This document shows, piece by piece, positions 21,695 to 31,834 of a stretch of DNA of 64,000 bases. Source of the stretch: Fibrobacteria bacterium (GTDB lineage Bacteria; Fibrobacterota; Fibrobacteria; UBA11236); contig JAYTSD010000044.1 in the NCBI GenBank assembly GCA_043745805.1, positions 40,537 through 104,536 of the forward strand, written 5' to 3'. The first letter of the stretch is position 1, and every line of letters begins with the position of its first letter. A program made the translations under genes and the position numbers. A model generated the notes under the pieces. That model saw only the letters and a program-made list of their open reading frames with translations. It did no database searches and was not told where the DNA came from.

Positions 21695-22552
21695 TTAATG
21701 TTCTTGATGCAAGGCCATGCCGATAAACAGCGAGGCCAAAAGCGTAAAGACGAAGGCTTGCAAAAATGCAACTAAAACTTCGATCATGTAAATGAAAAGC
21801 GTAAAACCCAAAAAGGGTCCTACAAAAAGCCAACTCTTAAACACAGCAATTAAACCGAGCAAAGAAAGAATTAGAATATGGCCAGCTGCCATATTAGCGA
21901 AAAGACGAATAGCCAAAGCAAAAGCCTTAGTGAACAAACCAAGAATTTCAATAGGAGCAATAATTGGCAAAACAAAAACCGGCACGCCCTTAGGAATAAG
22001 ATTGGATAAATAATGACCCACGCCATTATGCATCATGCCAGCGATATTAAAAACAATAAAGATCATGATGGATAAAGCGGCGGTGATATTGACATTGGAA
22101 GCGGCTGAAGGGAAACCTGGAATCAAACCGATAACATTGAGGCCGAGAATAAAAGTGAAAAGCGTAAGAAAAAATGGCATCCATTTGGGCGCTTCTTTTT
22201 CCCCTAAGTTGGGAACAATAATGTCATTGCGTACAAATAAAACCAAAGCTTCCATAGCATAACCAAATTTAGAAGTGGGTAATAATGCTTGGCGTTTGCC
22301 CGCAAGTCCAAACACAACCAATAATAAAACCATAGCCAGAAGCATCATCAACACATGTAAGCTTATGCCCATTTCCACGCCGCCAATTTGGATATGCGCA
22401 GGCAGAGGAATAATAGGGCCACCGGGAATGGGACGCCATTGATCCGAATTGGCCATATGATGCATGATAAATTCGCCGAGACTTTCCGCGCCAAGGCTTG
22501 GTAAAGCAAGGAAAGAAAATACTAAGGAAGATAACCAGACTTTAAGCTTCAT
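21695..22552 (-). CDS. atpB: ATP synthase Fo subunit a
   Basis: ALAIRLFANMAAGH, LQAFVF. Confidence 0.97.
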   Translation of the reverse strand: MKLKVWLSSLVFSFLALPSLGAESLGEFIMHHMANSDQWRPIPGGPIIPLPAHIQIGGVEMGISLHVLMMLLAMVLLLVVFGLAGKRQALLPTSKFGYAMEALVLFVRNDIIVPNLGEKEAPKWMPFFLTLFTFILGLNVIGLIPGFPSAASNVNITAALSIMIFIVFNIAGMMHNGVGHYLSNLIPKGVPVFVLPIIAPIEILGLFTKAFALAIRLFANMAAGHILILSLLGLIAVFKSWLFVGPFLGFTLFIYMIEVLVAFLQAFVFTLLASLFIGMALHQEH

Positions 22553-22922
22553 GCGGGTAAAACAATATCCTTTGATGCGAAATGAAATGGCGGATTTCCA
22601 CAATTTGAAAAACGACGAAAGCTAAAAGCGAAGTAATAATATAGGCCATTAAAATATCGCGTGAAAAATATTGCAAGGCAATAAAAACAAGGAGACCAAT
22701 GCATAGCATACGCGATAACATGCCGGTTACATATAGGCGCATGGGGTTTTGTGATTTAAACCAATAAAGAGGAAATACCGCAAAAATGGCATTCAGGGCC
22801 ATGATGAAAATAGCGCTGAAGCCTAAAATTTTATTATAAGTCGCGATTTTCAAACTGGCCACATAAACGAGGCTTGCGAGCACACATCCAATCAAAATTA
22901 TGTTTTTCAAATAAACTCGCAA
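22542..22922 (-). CDS. ATP synthase protein I-like membrane protein
   Basis: About four hydrophobic helices, directly upstream of atpB; TTG start inferred from AGGA. Confidence 0.65.
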   Translation of the reverse strand: MRVYLKNIILIGCVLASLVYVASLKIATYNKILGFSAIFIMALNAIFAVFPLYWFKSQNPMRLYVTGMLSRMLCIGLLVFIALQYFSRDILMAYIITSLLAFVVFQIVEIRHFISHQRILFYPHEA

Positions 22923-23037
22923 TTTATTCCTGTTTCTTTTTTCAATTTTTATGGCCTCAATAGTAATCAAGGCTAGCGGGGATTTAAAGGTTTTTTTGTT
23001 GCAAAAATATCTAAACCCTATTTCTATTAATTGATCT

Positions 23038-23262
23038 TCAGATTTTTTTTGATTTCTGTTCCGATTTTTTAATAGCAGAATAAACTGCATAGCCAGAAGT
23101 GGCGAAGCCTAGCAGTACTCCCAAGAGCAGGAAAATAGGTGCACTGGCTAATTTTCTATCGAGATTAATTCCTGCATAAGTGAATAAGCCCAATGACAAA
23201 GCGATAATCCAGCCTAAATTCAAAAATAAGCCAATATCGCTTAAGCCTTTATTTTCTTTCAT
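23038..23262 (-). CDS. AtpZ/AtpI family small membrane protein
   Basis: G..LDRKL...PIFLLLGVLLG. Confidence 0.85.
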   Translation of the reverse strand: MKENKGLSDIGLFLNLGWIIALSLGLFTYAGINLDRKLASAPIFLLLGVLLGFATSGYAVYSAIKKSEQKSKKI

Positions 23263-23593
23263 CTGTCGACATGGAGCAATTACCTTGGAAATGAGCGCCT
23301 TCGTTAATTACTAAATCTCGAGTGACCAAATCTCCTTTTAAAGTGGATTTGGATTCTAAGACGATTTTTTCCGATGCCTTGATATTTCCCACAATAAGTC
23401 CGGCAATAGTGGCGGACTTAACTCTTATATCGCCTTCGATTTTACCGCCCGCACAAAGCACTAAAGTTCCTCCGGTTAATACGGAACCTTGAATGGTTCC
23501 TTCAATACGCAAATCATGTTCTACTGAAATATCACCGGTGATAATAGTTCCTTCGGCAATGGAGGTCATGCTGGTGGGTCCTGATTTAGACAT
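23249..23593 (-). CDS. Bactofilin (polymer-forming cytoskeletal protein)
   Basis: IAEGTIITGDI, LRIEGTIQG, INEGAHFQGNC. Confidence 0.9.
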   Translation of the reverse strand: MSKSGPTSMTSIAEGTIITGDISVEHDLRIEGTIQGSVLTGGTLVLCAGGKIEGDIRVKSATIAGLIVGNIKASEKIVLESKSTLKGDLVTRDLVINEGAHFQGNCSMSTDERK

Positions 23594-23599
23594 ATTTCC

Positions 23600-24412
23600 T
23601 CATTTCAAAAAGTTAAGGGGATCGACGGATTGTCCTTGAATGAATATTTCATAATGCATATGCGGGCCGATATTGTTGCCGGTATTTCCTACGGTTCCAA
23701 TTGCGCTGCCTTTATTCACATGATCGCCCATTTGCACATAGGCGCGGCTGAGATGTGCATAAATGGTGATAGTTCCTGGAGCATGTTCAATTTTCACATA
23801 ACGACCTAAATCTCTATCTCGGTCCGATTGCAAAACTAATCCTTGCGCTGTGCTAACCACTAGAGCATTGCTTTCGGTAAGAATATCAATACCCGATTTT
23901 TGATTTTGTTTTTTACCTGCAATGAGTTTTTGATCAATGATTCCAGATACGGGCCAAATATCGGGAGTTAAATCGGAGCCAAGAAATTTATCCTTAAATT
24001 TTGCGAGTCGGATGGCTTTTGCCTTTAAAACAAAATTGACTAAGTAATTTGCATTATGGGCCTGATGGGCAGCTATTCTTTGGTCATCGGATTTTTCGGG
24101 CTTAATGAAGGTTTGCAGCAAACCGCGTATGCGACTTTCTTGTTCATAAATGCGCGATACTTCTTGCTCGAGTAAAATTATTTTTCTTTGCTTTTCTAGG
24201 AGAAGTTGATTTTTTTGGGCAAGATGATTGGCTAATAAAACCTTGCTATTAATTTCTCCCAATTTAAGCGCTGCAAAAGCGACTGCAAAAAGAGCGATGA
24301 CTATGGAATAAAAAAGAAATTCAAAAAAACGATAGCGAAGTTTTAATACCCAGCTTTCGGTGGAATCGTCCGGAATAATTTGAATTGTGATATAGCGTTT
24401 TTTCTTCTGCAC
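23600..24412 (-). CDS. M23/LytM domain protein (TM plus coiled coil), probably degenerate
   Basis: WPVSG, YAHL, GNTG..GPHMHYE; KSGID in place of HxGxD. Confidence 0.85.
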   Translation of the reverse strand: MQKKKRYITIQIIPDDSTESWVLKLRYRFFEFLFYSIVIALFAVAFAALKLGEINSKVLLANHLAQKNQLLLEKQRKIILLEQEVSRIYEQESRIRGLLQTFIKPEKSDDQRIAAHQAHNANYLVNFVLKAKAIRLAKFKDKFLGSDLTPDIWPVSGIIDQKLIAGKKQNQKSGIDILTESNALVVSTAQGLVLQSDRDRDLGRYVKIEHAPGTITIYAHLSRAYVQMGDHVNKGSAIGTVGNTGNNIGPHMHYEIFIQGQSVDPLNFLK

Positions 24413-24421
24413 TATATTCCC

Positions 24422-25291
24422 CTAAACTCCGCTTTCAAAACCCTTTTTTATCAAATTTCCCAAATTCTCCAAATCTTGGCGAGACATATAATGGATTTCC
24501 AAAATCCCTTTATTTTCACTGCCTTTAATTTCCACCTTAGTGCCTAAATAATGGCGCATCTTTTCAGTGAAGGCATTAATGTGCGGATTGCTTGGTGAAC
24601 CTTTAATCGGTTTAATAGTGCGTAATCCATGCTGTGCATTTTTTTCGGTGGCACGAACATTCAAGTTTTTGTCTATGATTTTGCGAGCGAGTATTATTTG
24701 TTTGGCTGGACTTTCGTTTAATAAAGCTCTTCCATGTCCAGCGGTGATTTTTCCTTCGCGAATAAAAGTTTGCACTTCTTCATGCAATTTTAATAGGCGT
24801 AAAGTATTGGTAATGGCTGAACGGCTTTTGCTCATTTTGGTTGCAAGCACTTCATGGGTTAAGCCACATTCATCGATGAGCTTTTCATAAGCTATGGCTT
24901 CTTCAATGGGATTTAATTGCACGCGTTGCAAATTTTCAATCAACGCAATTTCCATCATGTCGCGATCGGAAAGAGATTCGCGCACCAAAGCTTTAATGGT
25001 TTTTAATTGCAGAGATTGCGTGGCGCGAAAGCGACGTTCGCCGGCTACGAGTTGATATTCATTACCATGACGTCTTAATAAAACTGGTTGCAGAATTCCC
25101 TTCTCACGAATGGATTCGGCTAATTCTTTGATTTCTTCCGGATTAAATTCTAAGCGCGGTTGAAAAGGATTGGGTTTTATTTTTGTGAGTTCAATATCAT
25201 GAACGGATTCCCCTGTTTCAGGAGAAACAACTTCGGTGCCAATATTCCCAAATATAGCTTCGAGACCTTTGCCTAAGGCTTTCCTAGACAT
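24422..25291 (-). CDS. parB: Chromosome partitioning protein ParB
   Basis: ALGKGL, NPFQPR, AGERRFRA, ENLQR. Confidence 0.97.
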   Translation of the reverse strand: MSRKALGKGLEAIFGNIGTEVVSPETGESVHDIELTKIKPNPFQPRLEFNPEEIKELAESIREKGILQPVLLRRHGNEYQLVAGERRFRATQSLQLKTIKALVRESLSDRDMMEIALIENLQRVQLNPIEEAIAYEKLIDECGLTHEVLATKMSKSRSAITNTLRLLKLHEEVQTFIREGKITAGHGRALLNESPAKQIILARKIIDKNLNVRATEKNAQHGLRTIKPIKGSPSNPHINAFTEKMRHYLGTKVEIKGSENKGILEIHYMSRQDLENLGNLIKKGFESGV

Positions 25292-26060
25292 TATTCAAAA
25301 TCTCCTTAGCCAATTCCATATAGCGAATGGCACCTGTGCTGACCACATCATAAAGAATAATCGGTTTACCAAAAGAAGGCGCTTCACTCAATTTTACGCT
25401 GCGGGGAATAATGGTTTTAAAAACTTTTTCGGAAAAAGTATTCTGCACATCTTCGGCAACTTGTTTAGACAAATTCAAGCGGCTATCATACATGGTCATG
25501 AGCGCGCCTTCAATCGTCAATTTTGGATTGATATTTTGTTGCACTAAACGAATGGTATTTAAGAGTTCGGCCAAACCTTGTAAAGCGTAATATTCACATT
25601 GAATAGGGATAAGCACCGAATCCGCTGCGGCCAAAACATTTAAGGTTAATATGCTAAGGCTAGGAGGCGAGTCGATAAAGATGAAATCGTAATCGCCTTT
25701 GATAGTTTCTAAAACCTTCGCTAAACGTTTTTCGCGTTGAGGTTGGGTAATCAGCTGTACTTCTAAACCTGCCAAAGAACGAGTGCAAGGCAAAAGATCC
25801 AAGTATTTCATATTCGAATGCATAATGAAGCGTCGGGTATCTTCGGCTTTAATATCACCGGCCGCTAAAACCAGCGCATCATAAATGTCTTCTTCAGGAA
25901 CTTTATCTACACCTAAACCTTGGGTAGCATTTCCTTGTGGATCCATATCCACCAATAAAACTTTTTTTTCCATGGCGGCTAAAGCCGCAGCCGTATTAAC
26001 GCAAGTTGTGGTTTTACCTACGCCTCCCTTTTGATTACAGGCGGCTATAATTCGGGTCAA
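25284..26060 (-). CDS. parA: ParA/Soj ATPase
   Basis: NQKGGVGKTTT, DPQGNAT, EAPSFG. Confidence 0.97.
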   Translation of the reverse strand: MTRIIAACNQKGGVGKTTTCVNTAAALAAMEKKVLLVDMDPQGNATQGLGVDKVPEEDIYDALVLAAGDIKAEDTRRFIMHSNMKYLDLLPCTRSLAGLEVQLITQPQREKRLAKVLETIKGDYDFIFIDSPPSLSILTLNVLAAADSVLIPIQCEYYALQGLAELLNTIRLVQQNINPKLTIEGALMTMYDSRLNLSKQVAEDVQNTFSEKVFKTIIPRSVKLSEAPSFGKPIILYDVVSTGAIRYMELAKEILNNV

Positions 26061-26641
26061 GCTTCACCTGTTTTTTCCGCAATAACCACATTAAATGCTT
26101 TAGCATGATGGGGAAGTTTATAGGGATGATTGGTGACCTTGGCATAACCTTCGGGAATAACTGTTTCTTCTCCGGCTTTGAAGGTCATGAACAAACCACC
26201 GGGCTTGAGCATTTTATAAGATAAGCGCGCGTCGCGAGAGAACTCTCCAAAAGCGCGTGAGCAAACCACGTCCATGTGAGAAAGAAAAACTCTTTCCACT
26301 CTTTCGGTAAGCACATGTAAATTGGGAATGCGAATTTCACGGATGATTTCTGCGATCAGAGCCGATTTTTTGGTTTTCACTTCGATGGCAAAAATATCAA
26401 TGTCAGGACAAGCGATGGCAAGAGGAACGGAAGGCAAGCCAATTCCGCTTCCCATATCCGCCAACTTATTGACATCATGAAAGAAGGGGATGAGTTGCAA
26501 GGAGTCGACAATATGTCTTTCCCAAATAGAGCTCATATCTTCTTCGCTGACTAAATTCACATTTTTGCTCCACTTGGTGAGCAAGCTCTCTAAATCTCTA
26601 AGTTTTTTGAGAGTCTTTTCGTCTAATTTCGTGGTTTCCAT
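26057..26641 (-). CDS. rsmG: 16S rRNA m7G527 methyltransferase
   Basis: NLVS, RHIVDS, DMGSGIGLP, SRAF. Confidence 0.92.
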   Translation of the reverse strand: METTKLDEKTLKKLRDLESLLTKWSKNVNLVSEEDMSSIWERHIVDSLQLIPFFHDVNKLADMGSGIGLPSVPLAIACPDIDIFAIEVKTKKSALIAEIIREIRIPNLHVLTERVERVFLSHMDVVCSRAFGEFSRDARLSYKMLKPGGLFMTFKAGEETVIPEGYAKVTNHPYKLPHHAKAFNVVIAEKTGEA

Positions 26642-26729
26642 AAGGAGATCTAACATGGCGATCAAAAATATCATAAAGTTTTTTTATTTCAATGTTTTTA
26701 TTGCTACTGGCATAATGAGTCTGCCTTAA

Positions 26730-26745
26730 TGTTTCACGTGAAACA
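26730..26745. promoter_or_regulatory. parS centromere site
   Basis: Perfect TGTTTCACGTGAAACA. Confidence 0.95.
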
Positions 26746-26796
26746 TATTTTGCTTCGCTTGTTTTCGACAATTTACCGAGATCAAAGGGCTTACAT

Positions 26797-26812
26797 TGTT
26801 TCACGTGAAACA
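26797..26812. promoter_or_regulatory. parS centromere site
   Basis: Perfect TGTTTCACGTGAAACA. Confidence 0.95.
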
Positions 26813-26814
26813 AT

Positions 26815-27651
26815 TCAAATTTTCCAACGACGATGTGCCCAGCCATACCAAAAAGTGGGGTGAATGCGAATAAGGCTTTCTAACCAACGATGATAATTCT
26901 TTATCAAATCTTCAGGTGATTGAAAATAGCCAATTGGATATTCGCAAATACGAATTTGTCCATGGGGGAGCAGAGTGGCGAAATATATAGGCATGGGAAT
27001 TTGTTTATATAGATATAAGGGGAGTGGATTTAGAGAAATGGTTTGTTGAAAGAAAAGTGTTTGCGTTCTGCTTTGCTTTTTATTTTGATCGTAGCGTTGA
27101 TCCCAAAGAAAACCTAAGGTGTTTTTTTGAGCAATAAAGTTCTTGGCTTCATGCGCAATATTTTCTGAATAAATCTTTAATCCAATGCGGCAGCGTAATT
27201 TTCGCAAAAGATTATTGGCCCAAGTAATTTTTAAAGGGAGGGCGATAGCTTGTAAAGCGATGCCTTGTTGACTAAGCCAGCTTCCCATAAACTCCCAATG
27301 ATGAAAATGAGCGGTTAAAAGCAAGCCTCCATTTGTTTGCATGGAATTGAGTTTTTTTCGATCTTTTTCGCGAATGAATATTTCTTTTCCATAAACCCCA
27401 TGCAGAAAGCGAAAGAGATCTTGAGCGGCATCATAATAAAATTGATACAAAAAAAGGTTTTCATTCCTGATTTGCTTTTTCATTTCTGTAATAGTCAGGT
27501 TTTGTAAAATGGTTTTTCTTTTCCAAGCGAAAGAGAAAAGCGCAAGGGCAAATATGCTGGCTAGGGTGGAAATATAAAGGCCATAAAGTGCGCGTAAAAC
27601 TCGATTATTTGAAATTAAAGAGACGACTGGTCTAGGCATTTTTGCAAACAT
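26815..27651 (-). CDS. LpxL/HtrB-like lipid acyltransferase
   Basis: LTAHFHHWE, FLWDQ, IRIHPTFWYGWAHRRWK. Confidence 0.8.
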   Translation of the reverse strand: MFAKMPRPVVSLISNNRVLRALYGLYISTLASIFALALFSFAWKRKTILQNLTITEMKKQIRNENLFLYQFYYDAAQDLFRFLHGVYGKEIFIREKDRKKLNSMQTNGGLLLTAHFHHWEFMGSWLSQQGIALQAIALPLKITWANNLLRKLRCRIGLKIYSENIAHEAKNFIAQKNTLGFLWDQRYDQNKKQSRTQTLFFQQTISLNPLPLYLYKQIPMPIYFATLLPHGQIRICEYPIGYFQSPEDLIKNYHRWLESLIRIHPTFWYGWAHRRWKI

Positions 27652-27807
27652 AAATCCGAAAAATCATTTGTCCTGCAAAATTTACAGTAAACAAATCCAC
27701 ATAAAGCAATTTATATGCAAAATAATGTGATTTAAATTTGATAAGCCCTTGAATAAACACTAGATCGGTAATTAGCTTTATGCGCTAAATTTAAATTTGG
27801 AATTCCA

Positions 27808-27969
27808 ATGAAAAGAACTTTTCAACCTCGAAACAAAAAAAGAATCAATAAGCATGGTTTTCGTACGCGCATGGCGACGAAAGATGGTCGTGCGATTCTG
27901 TCCTCTCGTAGAGCTAAAGGTCGCCACCGTTTGACGGTTAGTGACACTATGGCGTATAAGGACATCTAG
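27808..27969 (+). CDS. rpmH: 50S ribosomal protein L34 (absent from the ORF track)
   Basis: [53 protein letters not shown]. Confidence 0.98.
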   Translation: MKRTFQPRNKKRINKHGFRTRMATKDGRAILSSRRAKGRHRLTVSDTMAYKDI

Positions 27970-27986
27970 TATTTAGGGGAAAGTGA

Positions 27987-28379
27987 ATGCTTTCACCTTC
28001 CAGCCCAAACGGCTCAGACAAACCAAGCCCCACTCGCTTAAAAGACCTACGGGTAAATAAACCGTGGATGTACAGACAGGTGTTTGAGAAAGGGAAAGTG
28101 ATCAAAAGCTTTCCCTTAGGTTTGCGTTTTTATTTCCCTGAAGAAACCGATAGGCATCGCGTGGGATTTATTATCCGAAAAAAACTAGGTAAGGCGCATG
28201 TACGAAATATATTTCGTCGAGCCTTGCGTCTGATTTTCCAAGAAGCCCATCCGCATTTTAAACAACAATTATGGATAGTTTTTGAAGTCTATCCTGCAGC
28301 ATTGACCTTAAGCCTGTCGCAGTTTCGCCACCAAGCTCAAAATTTAGTGGCGAGCATAACTTTTCCAGGTCACCCATGA
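27987..28379 (+). CDS. rnpA: RNase P protein component
   Basis: RVGFIIRKKLGKAHVRN..RR; follows rpmH. Confidence 0.9.
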   Translation: MLSPSSPNGSDKPSPTRLKDLRVNKPWMYRQVFEKGKVIKSFPLGLRFYFPEETDRHRVGFIIRKKLGKAHVRNIFRRALRLIFQEAHPHFKQQLWIVFEVYPAALTLSLSQFRHQAQNLVASITFPGHP

Positions 28380-28609
28380 AAACCCTAGTGATTGGTTTGA
28401 TACGGTTTTATCAAGCTTTGCACGGATCTTTTTTTTGGGGCTCTTGTCGCTTTCACCCTACTTGTTCCGCCTATGCCATCGAAGCATTGCAGCAGCGCGG
28501 TTGGGTAAAGGGATCGTTACTTACATGTTACAGGGTACTTAGATGTAACCCTTTTTGCCGTGGCGGCTGGGACCCTGTTCCAGAAAAGCACGGCCAAGAA
28601 ATCCTTTGA
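28376..28609 (+). CDS. yidD: Membrane protein insertion efficiency factor
   Basis: CRFHPTCSAY, RCNPF..GG.DPVP. Confidence 0.95.
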   Translation: MKTLVIGLIRFYQALHGSFFWGSCRFHPTCSAYAIEALQQRGWVKGSLLTCYRVLRCNPFCRGGWDPVPEKHGQEIL

Positions 28610-28619
28610 GGAGAATAAA

Positions 28620-30398
28620 TTGAAAAAGCAAAATATTATTGGTTGGGTGATTTTGATGGTCTTGCTCTTTGCATGGACTACTTTTAAAAGCAAGCAAGCT
28701 CAGGAATTGGCACGAAAAAAAGCGGAAACTCAATATGCGGATTCCTTGGCCCATGCTAAAGATAAAAAAACAAATGAAGTGAAGGTCATGTCCAATACTT
28801 CCTTAGTGGCCTCTTCAGCAGTTGCTTCCTCTACTACAACTTCTGCCGGCATTATTGAGGCCGTGGTGGATTCAGCGAAAACGCAAATCAAACCCTTTCA
28901 AATAAAAGTGGAAACCAAGCAGTTCACGGTTACTTTAGACAATGTAGGTGCGCGCATTGTTGGAATTCAATTGCTATCCATTGCCGGTAAAAAAGTACCT
29001 CATCCTGAATTGATTGCTTCCGAAAAAGGCGGCGCCTTAGGATTAAGTTTAGATGGCAAAGATTTGAGCCAAGTGCTTTGGCAAGTAGACACTACAAAAT
29101 CGGAATACTTGGTCAATAGTCAAAACCAGTCCTTAGTTTTTAATTACACCTTTCCAGATGGAAAAATTGTAAAAAGAACCTATACCTTTTATCCTGATAG
29201 CAGCAAATTTCATCATGATTTAGATGCACCAGGATTTGCTGCTGGTTATAGCATGGATTGGAATTCTGGATTAGAAGAAACCGAAGTGATTCCGCAAGGC
29301 AAGGGTGTTGGAGTATTAAGCTCTTTTTTTAGCGAAGTTGTTTTAGACAATGGAGTAAATGTTGAGCGCGTTACTTTTGTCGGTAAAAAAACTTTCAACG
29401 CCGAAAGTGGCGTTTTACGTTGGGTAGGATTACGTCGTCGCTATTTAGCTATTTTGCTCAACTTCAATCGCGAGACGACTCATCGCGTGGATGCTGTGGG
29501 TGTGCTTGGCGAAAATGAGGATAAATCCCATCCGCATAATTATCAATTAGCTATCGATGGCCCTCGCTATGAAGATCATGCCTTGGATTTTGATTTTGTG
29601 GTTTTGCCTTTAAGTTATGAAAAACTTTTAAGTTATCATCAAAATTATGAGAAAATTATTTTCTCCGGTTGGGAATGGCTGTTACGTGCAGATATTTGGT
29701 ATGTGGCACTCTGCGGATTTATTCTCAAGCTGCTTAATTTTTTCCATGGCTTAATTCCTAATTATGGCATAGCCATTATTTTGCTCACATTAATGGTGCG
29801 CTTTATCACTTTCCCTTTGACAATTTCCCAAACCAAGTCCGCCGCGAAGATGCAACAGCATGCGCCAGAGATCAAAAAAATTCGCGAGAAGTTTAAAACC
29901 CAACCGGGTAAAATGAATCAAGAAGTAATGGCCTATTATTCCAAAGTGGGCGTGAGTCCATTTTCCCAACTCACGGGTTGTTTACCCATGCTATTACAAA
30001 TGCCAATTTTCATTTCGCTATTTAATGTGCTTGGCCGCGCGGTGGAATTAAAAGATGCGCCTTTCTTTGCTTGGATACATGATTTGTCTCGTCCCGATGT
30101 GATTATGTCGGCTTTTAAAGTGCCTTATATTTTTCCATTAGGTCTTACCGTTTTGCCTTTCTTTATGTCGGGGACTATGTTCTTTCAAATGAAGGCTACC
30201 ATTAAAGATGAAAATCAAAAATTCATGATTTGGATGATGCCGGTTATGATGTTTGTTTTTTCGGGTTCTTTCCCTTCCGGTTTAGTTCTTTACTGGACGG
30301 TTTCGAATATTTTCACTTTGGCACAAACCCATTTTTATACCAATCGTTTGAAGCCAGCATCTAGCAAAGAAATTATTGTCCAAGCCAAAAAGGGCTAA
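28620..30398 (+). CDS. yidC: Membrane protein insertase YidC
   Basis: NYGIAIILLT, GCLPMLLQMPIF, PSGLVLYW; TTG start after GAGGAG. Confidence 0.96.
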   Translation: MKKQNIIGWVILMVLLFAWTTFKSKQAQELARKKAETQYADSLAHAKDKKTNEVKVMSNTSLVASSAVASSTTTSAGIIEAVVDSAKTQIKPFQIKVETKQFTVTLDNVGARIVGIQLLSIAGKKVPHPELIASEKGGALGLSLDGKDLSQVLWQVDTTKSEYLVNSQNQSLVFNYTFPDGKIVKRTYTFYPDSSKFHHDLDAPGFAAGYSMDWNSGLEETEVIPQGKGVGVLSSFFSEVVLDNGVNVERVTFVGKKTFNAESGVLRWVGLRRRYLAILLNFNRETTHRVDAVGVLGENEDKSHPHNYQLAIDGPRYEDHALDFDFVVLPLSYEKLLSYHQNYEKIIFSGWEWLLRADIWYVALCGFILKLLNFFHGLIPNYGIAIILLTLMVRFITFPLTISQTKSAAKMQQHAPEIKKIREKFKTQPGKMNQEVMAYYSKVGVSPFSQLTGCLPMLLQMPIFISLFNVLGRAVELKDAPFFAWIHDLSRPDVIMSAFKVPYIFPLGLTVLPFFMSGTMFFQMKATIKDENQKFMIWMMPVMMFVFSGSFPSGLVLYWTVSNIFTLAQTHFYTNRLKPASSKEIIVQAKKG

Positions 30399-30447
30399 CA
30401 TTAAGCTCGGACCTTAATAGAGATTTTAAAAAAATAAGAGGTAAAAA

Positions 30448-31761
30448 TTGATTTCCACAATTATTGCCTTATCTTCATCGCCAGGCACTTCGGGCTTGGC
30501 TATTATTCGTTTATCCGGTCCGCAATGTTTAGAGGTGATTCATCGCCATCTAAAAAAAATTCCGGTTTCTCATCATATGACTTACGCCTCCTTTCGCAAT
30601 GGGGAAGGTGAAGTATTAGATCGTTTAAACTTTGTGTATATGCAGGCGCCAAAAACTTCTACGGGTGAAGATGTTTTGGAATTATTTCCTCATGGCAATA
30701 TGCTTTTGGTGCAATGTATTATGGAGAGTATCTTGCAGGTTACGGGCATCCGTTTGGCCGAACCTGGGGAGTTTACGCGGCGTAGTTTTGAAAATGGCAA
30801 AATCGATTTATTGCAAGCGGAGTCCGTTGGTCAACTCATTCATTCGCAAAATTTACAGGCCTTACAAAATGCGCAAAAAATTTTGTCTGGAGTATTGAGT
30901 ACTTCCCTACGTAAATTGCGCGAAGACTTAGTGGATATTTCTTTGCGTTTAGAACTCGATGTAGATTTTTCCGAAGAAGAAGCCGATCCCGATTATGCCT
31001 CTTGGGAAAAACGTTTGGTGATTATTGCTAATGCTTTGGAAGAACTAACCCAAAGCTTTGAGCGAGGAAAACGCCTTCAGCAAATGCCGCGCATTGGTTT
31101 ATTCGGCGCGCCTAATGCGGGCAAATCCAGTTTGATCAATGCGCTGATTCAAGAAGACCGATTATTGGTTTCGCATATTGCAGGCACTACGCGCGACTAT
31201 GTAGAAGTGCCATTAAATTTACCGGGAGGCCGCGTGCTTTTAGTAGACACCGCCGGACTCGGAAAACCCGTGGATGGTTTGGATGAACAAGCCATGCAAA
31301 GGACGCGCGCGCAACTCGAAAAAGTGGAATGCAAAATTTTAGTATGCGATGGAACCCAGCAGAATCAAGATGAAAATCAAAATGAGGTAACCGCCAATTT
31401 CGACATTAAAATTTTAAGCAAAAAAGATTTGCCAGGTTTTAAATCGGAGCAAAAGGCTATCGCTATTTCCAGTATTACGCATGAAGGTATTAATGAATTG
31501 CTCAATCAATTAAATGCTTTATTTTTTGCCACGGAAGGGGGCGAAGGGTTAATGCTCACCACCGAACGGCAGTATTATGCCTTGAATGCCGCGAAAGCGA
31601 ATGTGAATGCTGCTTTAGTAAATTTACGCATAAGCCCTGCGATTGAAATTATGGCTTTTGAAATTCGCGAAGCTTCGGAGCATTTGCGTGAATTACTGGG
31701 AGAAATAGCGCCAGAAGAAATATTGCAAAAAATCTTTGCGGGTTTTTGTATTGGAAAATAA
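30448..31761 (+). CDS. mnmE: tRNA modification GTPase MnmE
   Basis: GEFTRR, GAPNAGKSS, GTTRD, DTAG, FCIGK. Confidence 0.97.
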   Translation: MISTIIALSSSPGTSGLAIIRLSGPQCLEVIHRHLKKIPVSHHMTYASFRNGEGEVLDRLNFVYMQAPKTSTGEDVLELFPHGNMLLVQCIMESILQVTGIRLAEPGEFTRRSFENGKIDLLQAESVGQLIHSQNLQALQNAQKILSGVLSTSLRKLREDLVDISLRLELDVDFSEEEADPDYASWEKRLVIIANALEELTQSFERGKRLQQMPRIGLFGAPNAGKSSLINALIQEDRLLVSHIAGTTRDYVEVPLNLPGGRVLLVDTAGLGKPVDGLDEQAMQRTRAQLEKVECKILVCDGTQQNQDENQNEVTANFDIKILSKKDLPGFKSEQKAIAISSITHEGINELLNQLNALFFATEGGEGLMLTTERQYYALNAAKANVNAALVNLRISPAIEIMAFEIREASEHLRELLGEIAPEEILQKIFAGFCIGK

Positions 31762-31834
31762 ACCTTGAATAAAAATTAATAGCTGGGTGATAATTAAATA
31801 AGACAAAATCCCAGTAATGAAATAGTTTGAGATT

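Noticed and set aside
26598..26846. 82-aa ORF in the track
   Set aside because: Spans the parS sites and overlaps rsmG and the acyltransferase; likely spurious
27652..27807. oriC at the divergence point upstream of rpmH
   Set aside because: Only one box-like sequence (AAATCCACA) in about 155 bp; sampled codon skew does not flip here
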